Source of the DNA: Candidatus Aenigmatarchaeota archaeon
Lineage (GTDB): Archaea; Aenigmatarchaeota; Aenigmatarchaeia; CG10238-14; SCSR01
Assembly (NCBI GenBank): GCA_016187415.1
Contig: JACPJT010000004.1
Span: forward strand, 169,392 to 233,391
Direction: 5' to 3'
DNA: 64,000 bases
Numbering within the stretch: position 1 is the first letter of the stretch; every line of letters begins with the position of its first letter. Below the pieces are notes generated by a model, which was given only the letters and a program-made list of their open reading frames with translations, did no database searches and was not told the origin of the DNA. Made by a program: the position numbers and the translations under genes. Shown here piece by piece: positions 57,009 through 64,000 of the stretch.

Positions 57009-57905
57009 ATGAAAGCACAAACATTTAGCATTTTGGCTGGAAGCGTTGCATGCAATGCACGATGCCCATTTTGCGTATCAAAAATGACACCGTCCAGAGG
57101 GATTAGATTAAAAGAGCCTGGGGTAAATTGGGAAAAATTCAAAAGAGCTGCAGCTTATGCACGAGAACACGGCACAGAAACAGCAATGATAACCGGCAAA
57201 GGAGAACCAACACTCTTTCCCAAACAAATTACAAAATATCTAGATGTTATGAGCGGCTTTGGCTTCAGACATATAGAACTTCAGACAAATGGCATTAGAA
57301 TAGCGGATGAACCAAATGTATACGAACAGCATTTAAGTGACTGGTATGAAAGAGGATTGGATCTTATAGCAATATCTATAGTTCATTATGACGCCGAGAG
57401 AAACAGACAAATATATCTACCTTACAGGAAAAATTATATAGATTTACCAAGTTTGGTTGAAAATTTAAATGACAGGAAAAGAAAATTTAAAGTCAGACTT
57501 GCGTGCATCGCACTTGATGGTTTTATAGACAGCTCATCAAGACTTGCAGATCTAATTGAATTCGCAAGAAAAAACGGAGCAGAACAACTAACAGTAAGAC
57601 CCGTAAATAAAACAGACAGAGTTGATAATGGTGATCCGGAAGTAGAAAAGGCTGCAGTATTTATCAACAAATATCACTTGAAAGATGGACAGATTGATGA
57701 TATGAGGAATTATCTGGCAAGAAACGGGAGGCATATTCGTGAACTTCATTATGGTGCAACTATTTACGATGTTAATGGACGGAGCGTGTGTCTGACGAAT
57801 TCTCTAACGCGTGATTTGAATCCTAATTATTTGAGACAGCTAATCTTCTTTCCAGAAGGTCGCCTTCTGACGGATTGGCAATATGAGGGGGAGGTACCAT
57901 TATGA
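57009..57905 (+). CDS. Radical SAM protein, unknown function
   Basis: CNARCPFC motif, ITGKGEPTL, LQTNG. Confidence 0.88.
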   Translation: MKAQTFSILAGSVACNARCPFCVSKMTPSRGIRLKEPGVNWEKFKRAAAYAREHGTETAMITGKGEPTLFPKQITKYLDVMSGFGFRHIELQTNGIRIADEPNVYEQHLSDWYERGLDLIAISIVHYDAERNRQIYLPYRKNYIDLPSLVENLNDRKRKFKVRLACIALDGFIDSSSRLADLIEFARKNGAEQLTVRPVNKTDRVDNGDPEVEKAAVFINKYHLKDGQIDDMRNYLARNGRHIRELHYGATIYDVNGRSVCLTNSLTRDLNPNYLRQLIFFPEGRLLTDWQYEGEVPL

Positions 57906-58933
57906 AAAAACTCGAGACGATGAAAGCTGTCTATAGTTACTTCTTTCCTGAAGTAAGACGCCTCGTACACATGTCAGACAAATTGCCCGACAAATTGTTT
58001 CTCATATCAACTCCTGTAGAAGAAGCGAGAGAAATGATTGCGAGTTTATTTAGAACACCATTAGACTTGACTGCTACTGCTGACGGAAAAGTAGATCTGG
58101 ACATGGTTCATGAACCCGTCATCGACAGAATAATCAGTGCATATGGTACTGCTATTCCACGGTTAAAAGATTTTTCATATAGATATCCTACATCAGGATC
58201 AAGTGAAGGTATATTCAAAAATTTAGCTATGTTAAAAGTCGGTGGTGTTGATTGGATTTACGTATTAGAGGGAGAATACGAAGGCTATAAAGAATATGGG
58301 AAAACTTTGGGGATAAGAACAATAGAAATTAACCCGCAAAAAACAGATGTTAGAAAACTTAAACCGGGAATTTGGTTTATTTCGAATCCTTCTGCACATG
58401 ACGGCAATATATTACCGGATAATTTTGTGGGTGAGATTTGTGATAGTGGGAATAAAGTATATTTAGACTTGGCTTATGTAGGATCTACCAGAGATTATAC
58501 ATTTGATGTGAGTCATGACAATATTCCCGCTGTGTTTTTATCTTTCAGCAAACCTTATGGTGTGTTTAGATTTAGAATAGGTTTCACTTTTAGCAGAGCC
58601 GAGATACCATCATTGTACGGAAATAAGTGGTTTAAAGATATACCAAGGCTCTTCACTGCTCTCAGACTTGCTGAAGATATTGGACCTTCTAAACTTTACA
58701 GAAGTTATAGACATGTTCAAGAATCGGTAATAGAACATATAAATGAAGATTTTGGATTGTGTATGAAAACTAGCGATGCTGTTCTTCTGGGAAATTTAAC
58801 ACTTGATAGTGCAAGAAAACTTGATCCTTATCAGCTAAAAATGATAGCCCCATTCCAAAGAGGGGAAGGTTATAGATTTTGCTTAACGCCCTATTTTGAA
58901 AAAGTAGAGATGAAAATACTCAAAGGTCCGTGA
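57902..58933 (+). CDS. PLP-dependent fold-type-I enzyme (aminotransferase-like)
   Basis: GSSEGI, SNP..DGN, DLAY, SFSKPYG..RFRIG. Confidence 0.8.
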   Translation: MKKLETMKAVYSYFFPEVRRLVHMSDKLPDKLFLISTPVEEAREMIASLFRTPLDLTATADGKVDLDMVHEPVIDRIISAYGTAIPRLKDFSYRYPTSGSSEGIFKNLAMLKVGGVDWIYVLEGEYEGYKEYGKTLGIRTIEINPQKTDVRKLKPGIWFISNPSAHDGNILPDNFVGEICDSGNKVYLDLAYVGSTRDYTFDVSHDNIPAVFLSFSKPYGVFRFRIGFTFSRAEIPSLYGNKWFKDIPRLFTALRLAEDIGPSKLYRSYRHVQESVIEHINEDFGLCMKTSDAVLLGNLTLDSARKLDPYQLKMIAPFQRGEGYRFCLTPYFEKVEMKILKGP

Positions 58934-58970
58934 TTTAAAACACTTAAAATATCATAATAAATAAATTAAT

Positions 58971-60029
58971 ATGCCAAAGAACGATATCAGAATAAATTTT
59001 GAACTGTTCCAGATTCTCAACGAAGACGGCAGGATTGTAAACACGAGAGACATGCCGCAGCTGAAGAATGACGACATCAAGAGAATGTATGAATTGATGG
59101 TTCTTGCACGCGTGTTTGACGATACGGCGTTGAAATTGCAGAGGGAAGGAAGACTGCTGACATATGCGTCCCTTCAGGGGCAGGAGGCGTCGCAAATAGG
59201 TTCCGCAATCGCGCTGCAGAAGGAAGACTGGTTTGTCCCGTCTTATCGCGAGAACGGCGTGTTTATTGCCCGCGGCCATCCTATGGACATGCTTTACCAG
59301 TATTGGGCTGGCGACGAGAGGGGGATGGACAAACTGGATTCTATAAACGGGCTGCCTGTCGCAATTCCCGTAGGAAGCCAGATACCGCATGCTGTCGGGA
59401 TAGCATGGGCGAATAAATTACTGGGCAAGAGGTCTGTTGCCGCTGTTTACTTTGGCGATGGCGCAACAAGCAAGGGCGACTTCCATGAAGGTGTTAATTT
59501 TGCCGGAGTGTTCCAAGTGCCTTGCGTGTTCATATGCCAGAACAACCAGTGGGCGATATCCGTTTCAAGAAAGAAGCAGACTGCAAGCGAGACGATAGTG
59601 CAGAAAGCAATAGCATACGGCATCGAGGGTGTTCTTGTTGACGGGAATGATGTTTTTGCGGTATTCAAGGTTGTGAGGGATGCTGTTGAAAGGGCAAGAT
59701 CTGGGAAAGGGCCGACATTAATCGAGTGCTATACTTACAGGATGCAGAATCACACTACAGCGGACGACTGGAAGAAATACCGCTCCGAAGAGGAAGTTGA
59801 AAGGTGGAAACAGAAGGATCCGATTGAGAGACTTAAGAAGTATATGGAAAGTGAAGGCATATGGGATGAAAATTATGAGAAGATGGTCTGGGACGATGCG
59901 AGAACTCAAGTCTCCGAAGCCACGAGAAAATTCGAGTCTGTCGAGCCGCCATCTCCGTTGGACATGTTCAAAGATGTTTATGGGAAACTGCCGCCTGAAA
60001 TAGAGGAGCAGAGGAAGGATTTCGAGTGA
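58971..60029 (+). CDS. pdhA: Pyruvate dehydrogenase E1 alpha
   Basis: GQEASQIG, PSYRE, GDGATS...NNQWAIS, YRMQNHTTADD. Confidence 0.93.
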   Translation: MPKNDIRINFELFQILNEDGRIVNTRDMPQLKNDDIKRMYELMVLARVFDDTALKLQREGRLLTYASLQGQEASQIGSAIALQKEDWFVPSYRENGVFIARGHPMDMLYQYWAGDERGMDKLDSINGLPVAIPVGSQIPHAVGIAWANKLLGKRSVAAVYFGDGATSKGDFHEGVNFAGVFQVPCVFICQNNQWAISVSRKKQTASETIVQKAIAYGIEGVLVDGNDVFAVFKVVRDAVERARSGKGPTLIECYTYRMQNHTTADDWKKYRSEEEVERWKQKDPIERLKKYMESEGIWDENYEKMVWDDARTQVSEATRKFESVEPPSPLDMFKDVYGKLPPEIEEQRKDFE

Positions 60030-60033
60030 TGAT

Positions 60034-61008
60034 ATGACAAGGATGAATTTGGTTCAAGCGATTAATCTTGCGCTGAAGCAGGAAATGGAAAGAGACTCGA
60101 CTGTTGTCCTTATGGGCGAGGATGTCGGCAAAGATGGCGGTGTGTTCAGGGTAACGGAAGGTTTGTGGCAGCAATTCGGAGACAGCCGTGTTATTGACAC
60201 GCCATTAGCTGAAGTTGGAATAATTTCTGTTGCGATTGGCATGGCGATTGCCGGAATGAAGCCTGTGACTGAAGTCCAGTTTGATGGATTTTCATTGCCG
60301 ATGTTGGACCAGCTGTACAATCATGCAGGAAGAATGAGAAAAAGGTCGCAAGGAAAATATCATGTGCCTTTGGTCTTGAGGATCCCGCACGGCGGAGGGA
60401 TAAGAGCTTTAGAGCATCATTCTGAATCTTTGGAAACATTCTTCACTCATATACCTGGAATTAAAGTCGTCGCGCCGTCGGGACCATATAATGCAAAGGG
60501 TTTATTGGTTTCATCGATTCGCGATCCTGATCCGGTTGTTTTCTTGGAACCTAAAAGGGTTTACCGTGCGATAAAGGAGGAAGTCCCAGAGGAAGAGTAT
60601 GAGATTCCGCTGAACAAGGCTGAAGTCGTGCAGGAGGGAAGCGATATTACCGTCATTGCATGGGGTGCTATGCAGAAGATTGTCCGTGAAGCGATTGAAC
60701 AATTGAACGGAAAATATTCTATTGAAATTATTGATCTGCTCACGCTGTATCCTCTTGACAGGAATACCGTAATAGATTCTGTGAAGAAGACCGGGAGATG
60801 CGTTGTCGTGCAGGAAGCTCCGAGGACATGCGGATATGGTGCAGAGTTGATTGCAACAATTAATGAGAAGGCTTTGCTGAGTTTGGAGGCGCCTGTGCAG
60901 AGAGTCACAGGATATGACGTGCCTATGCCGTTGCCGAAGCTGGAGAATTATTACATTCCTGATGCGACGAGAATCAATAAAGCGATTGAAACTGTCATGA
61001 GTTTTTAA
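60034..61008 (+). CDS. pdhB: Pyruvate dehydrogenase E1 beta
   Basis: GEDVG..GGVFR, DTPLAE, EHHSES, FLEPK. Confidence 0.93.
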   Translation: MTRMNLVQAINLALKQEMERDSTVVLMGEDVGKDGGVFRVTEGLWQQFGDSRVIDTPLAEVGIISVAIGMAIAGMKPVTEVQFDGFSLPMLDQLYNHAGRMRKRSQGKYHVPLVLRIPHGGGIRALEHHSESLETFFTHIPGIKVVAPSGPYNAKGLLVSSIRDPDPVVFLEPKRVYRAIKEEVPEEEYEIPLNKAEVVQEGSDITVIAWGAMQKIVREAIEQLNGKYSIEIIDLLTLYPLDRNTVIDSVKKTGRCVVVQEAPRTCGYGAELIATINEKALLSLEAPVQRVTGYDVPMPLPKLENYYIPDATRINKAIETVMSF

Positions 61009-61031
61009 AGTTTTCTAACATAATAACTGTC

Positions 61032-61688
61032 ATGGCGCTTAATCCGATAAGTGAGTATTTAGATAAACCTCTTTTAAGAACTTATAGGAAAATTGGCAAG
61101 ATATGGGAAGATAGAGGACATAGTATTTATTCACTTTCTTCTATCATTGGTATACCTAGCTTCTGGGGATTAATATATAGTTTGGGTACGCTTGCAGAAG
61201 GTAGTATAAAACCGCCATTCTTAGGTTTTGGTAATGGTGCTCTAAATGGCTGTGATTTATTCTATAATCTGAGGGGTATAACAGGACTAATAAAAGGCGA
61301 TTATAATACAGATGTCATAGTTATAGACCCTATGACCAACTTCGATAGAAAAATAAACAGACTTGTCAGAGTGCCTGAATTTCTAGCAGGACTCGGTTTT
61401 GTTGCAAAGGCAAGTTACGATATCTTTAGATCTGTTACATCAAACGAGCCGTTAGATCCTAATGCGGGTTTGTATTTTGGTACGGGATTATCATTTCTTG
61501 GTTTATCCTCTTCAATGTATCTTAAAGACAAGGATCCGAAATTACTTCAAAAAGAACCGAGCATACTTAAAGCTGGGATAAAAAAAATGGCAAACAAAAT
61601 AAAAGATTTGCTTCCAGAACCTACTCCAGTTCCTAAACCGGCTTTTTCGAGTGCGTCTGAACTACAAACACAACTATATACAATTTAA
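61032..61688 (+). CDS. Hypothetical membrane protein
   Basis: Hydrophobic segments; C-terminal PEPTPVP. Confidence 0.55.
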   Translation: MALNPISEYLDKPLLRTYRKIGKIWEDRGHSIYSLSSIIGIPSFWGLIYSLGTLAEGSIKPPFLGFGNGALNGCDLFYNLRGITGLIKGDYNTDVIVIDPMTNFDRKINRLVRVPEFLAGLGFVAKASYDIFRSVTSNEPLDPNAGLYFGTGLSFLGLSSSMYLKDKDPKLLQKEPSILKAGIKKMANKIKDLLPEPTPVPKPAFSSASELQTQLYTI

Positions 61689-61718
61689 AAATAAAACCAT
61701 TTAAAATGTGATGAGTTT

Positions 61719-62444
61719 TTAAGCGGTAATTGGCAGTCCCCTTAAATTATATGCGGCTGTTCTATAGGGAATGTTTCTCCTATCTACCATTTTAGTTGTG
61801 GTGACTAGACTATCCATATCCGTAATATTTAGAGCTTGTATGGCTCTTCTGATAAAGTCTGGAGTACTTTCACCGTCCTGTTGTAAACGAGGTTGTCCGC
61901 ATTGTAGTCCTAGAGTTTCATTCTTATGAAGTAAATTGAATAATTCTAGATGTTGGACTGCGGCTTTCAATACTCTATCGTATCCGAACTGCTCTAAAAG
62001 AGTATTGATCCATTCATTTGAATATTGAGGATACCTTCGAGCTAAATCTTGATAAGTTCTGAAATTCTCTTCCAATTTACCCGCGGCTACTTGAACTAAA
62101 TAATAAGATGCATGGCAAGCAATTGCACCATCTTCTGCATCTGCTTCAGATAGAATTTTTATTAATTGTTTGATAGGTTCACGGAGTTGCGGATCAAATG
62201 CAGGTGTTTGATGGTCTGGAGTTCTTAAAGTTGTTAATAATCGTTCATAAACTCTAGATATATCATCCGAAGGAAATACTGTAGTCCATGGTACTTCAAC
62301 ACGGCCACTATCGTATTGATATAATACAGCACTTGCACTTTCGATTGCAACTGCTCTGGGGTAATGTCTAAAAACTTCTTTCGCTTTTTCTCCAATAGGC
62401 GCAAGCCACTCATTTGAGGTGTATCTACTAGTGTCGAAACCCAT
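61719..62444 (-). CDS. Hypothetical protein
   Basis: ORF only. Confidence 0.55.
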   Translation of the reverse strand: MGFDTSRYTSNEWLAPIGEKAKEVFRHYPRAVAIESASAVLYQYDSGRVEVPWTTVFPSDDISRVYERLLTTLRTPDHQTPAFDPQLREPIKQLIKILSEADAEDGAIACHASYYLVQVAAGKLEENFRTYQDLARRYPQYSNEWINTLLEQFGYDRVLKAAVQHLELFNLLHKNETLGLQCGQPRLQQDGESTPDFIRRAIQALNITDMDSLVTTTKMVDRRNIPYRTAAYNLRGLPITA

Positions 62445-62467
62445 AGTTTAACTAACAAATTTAAAGC

Positions 62468-62677
62468 TTAAAAAACTAATTTCTCTTCTAAAATAGTCGC
62501 GTTGCCACCAGACTTTTTGATGAAGGTTGCTATTTCTACCAATTTTGATAAATCACTGTGTTTCCAAACAGAATGCTGTATCATTTTTGAATCTATTTTA
62601 ATTAAATCGCGCCAGACCTTTACTGCTATTCTATGTTGTCCTCTAGGTATGTCGAAAATTAACACAAATTCTTTCAT
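62468..62677 (-). CDS. Small Cas2-like/PaaX-central-domain-like protein
   Basis: VLIFDIP...IQHSVW; no CRISPR array or cas1 in the window. Confidence 0.65.
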   Translation of the reverse strand: MKEFVLIFDIPRGQHRIAVKVWRDLIKIDSKMIQHSVWKHSDLSKLVEIATFIKKSGGNATILEEKLVF

Positions 62678-62739
62678 GTAATGTGATACGTATCACATCG
62701 AGATAAACTTTTCTATACTTTGAAACACAAGAAATAATA

Positions 62740-63907
62740 ATGCCTAAAGAGTTCAAGTTCCCCGACATTGGTGAAGGGATAGAAGAAGGAGAAATCGTCA
62801 AGTGGCTTATCAAGGAAGGCGACAAGGTAGAAGAGCACCAGGTTGTTGGCGAAGTGGAAACCGACAAGGCTGTTGCAGAGATACCGTCTCCCTATACGGG
62901 AACTGTATTGAAGATTAATTTTAAGGAAGGCGAAACCGTAAAAGTCGGCCAAGTGTTGTTTGTCATCGGCGATCAAGGAGAGAAAGTTTCTGAAACTATG
63001 CCCGAAGTTAAAGCCGAGACGAGGCAACCTGTGTTCAAAGCCGCTGGTGCAGTGGGTTATCTCGAAGAGGCGCCTGAAGAGGATGAAATAAGACCATCAA
63101 CTATGGTAACAAAAACCGTTAGTGCAGAGAAACGAATTCTTGCGACACCGATTGTAAGAAATCTCGCAAAACAATTGAATATCGATTTGACAAAAATAGC
63201 AGGTAGTGGCCCTGATGGAAGAATAATAGAGGATGATGTAAGGAAAGCGGTGCAGGGCGGACAAGAACCCGCGCCAGAAATAAAAATCGAGAAGAAATAC
63301 GATGTCTGGGGCTATGTTGACCATATTCCATTAAGGGGACTTAGAAAGGCCATCGCAAAACACATGGTAGAATCGGTGAAACACATTCCGCATGTGACAA
63401 CAATGGACGAGATGGACGCGACTGAATTGGTTGCTGTAAGGGAGCGGGAAAAGGCGAATGCGGAGGAAAAAGGAATCAAGCTGACATATCTCTCTTTTAT
63501 AATCAAGGCGTGTGTTGCTGCTCTGAAAGAATTTCCGCTGTTGAATTCTTCGATGGACGAGGAAAGGGGAGAAATCGTGGCCAAGAAATATTACAGCATC
63601 GGATTTGCAGTCGATGTTGACGGGGAAGGCCTGGTGGTGCCGGTGATAAAATACGCCGACAACAAGAATATTCTGGATATAGCCAAAGAAGTACAGGATC
63701 TGGCAGAAAAGGCTCGCCAGAGAAAACTTGACTTGAACGACATGCAGGGCTGAAAAGCCGCTGGCCGTAGACGGCAAGATAGAAATCAGGAAAGTGCTGC
63801 CGCTGTCACTGGTGTTCGACCACAGGATTGCAGACGGCGCTTATGCGCAACGGTTTCTGAATAGCATAATATCAAATTTAAAAGATCCGACAAAACTATC
63901 GGGTTAA
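62740..63907 (+). pseudogene. pdhC: Dihydrolipoamide acyltransferase (PDH E2) with an internal deletion and frameshift in this sequence
   Basis: Lipoyl ETDKA and E3-binding domains intact; stop at 63751-63753 after DMQG; EKPLAVDGKI...FDHRIADGA tail continues in another frame to 63907. Confidence 0.8.
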
Positions 63908-63944
63908 CGAAAACCTTTTAAATCTTCTTTTCATTTCTGATTAT

Positions 63945-64000
63945 ATGTACAGCAACGGAAATCGTATACGTGTCGAGTTGACAGATCACGCTGCAAGACG
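63945..64000 (+). CDS. Possible start of a gene running off the window (MYSNGNRIRVELTDHAARR)
   Basis: ATG downstream of a TATA-like CTTTTAAAT; too short to assign. Confidence 0.35.
   Translation, partial: MYSNGNRIRVELTDHAAR

Noticed and set aside
57009-57905. Calling the radical SAM protein a prokaryotic viperin
   Set aside because: Size and CNxxCxFC are compatible, but the viperin N-terminal N(Y/W)H.T..C context is absent; left unassigned.
62468-62677. CRISPR-Cas locus
   Set aside because: No repeat-spacer array and no cas1 or other cas gene seen in the window.
63745-63760. Programmed frameshift restoring PdhC
   Set aside because: About 34 conserved codons are physically missing, so recoding cannot restore the enzyme.
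1-64000. tRNA or rRNA genes
   Set aside because: Intergenic gaps are short and none showed a cloverleaf or rRNA-like sequence by eye; a tRNAscan-SE run would be needed to exclude them.

Overview
This looks like a small-genome, DPANN-like archaeon. That is inferred from TrmB, Lhr, split ADP-forming acetyl-CoA synthetase, a PGF-pre-PGF protein and TTTAAAT promoters about 30 nt from the ATG. Layout: (1) 1-9.4 kb, large secreted/surface proteins. (2) 9.5-17.1 kb, HAD phosphatase, free-standing LAGLIDADG endonuclease, Lhr helicase, a diversity-generating retroelement (DGR) and tmk. (3) 17.2-32.8 kb, a copper/heavy-metal and thiol-redox island (CopA, PadR-TRASH, CcdA, Lgt, many Cys/His/Met-rich small proteins). 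(4) 33-52 kb, metabolic genes (malic enzyme, TrxB, GDH, AcdA/B, PepF, LipB/LipA), a second LAGLIDADG gene and a probable remote DGR target. (5) 52-59 kb, an NAD-salvage operon extended by a radical SAM and a PLP enzyme. (6) 59-64 kb, pyruvate dehydrogenase genes with a disrupted E2. The standout is the DGR (minus strand: target, then noncoding leader plus template repeat TR, then RT). TR and VR differ at 15 of 99 aligned positions, all at TR adenines. The TR also carries two extra in-frame segments (15 and 18 nt) absent from the VR. There is no avd gene at the locus, the VR is internal to its protein, and a second gene 30 kb away has the same promoter motif and a VR-like A-depleted tail. All alignments and counts were done by hand; no database search or folding program was run.
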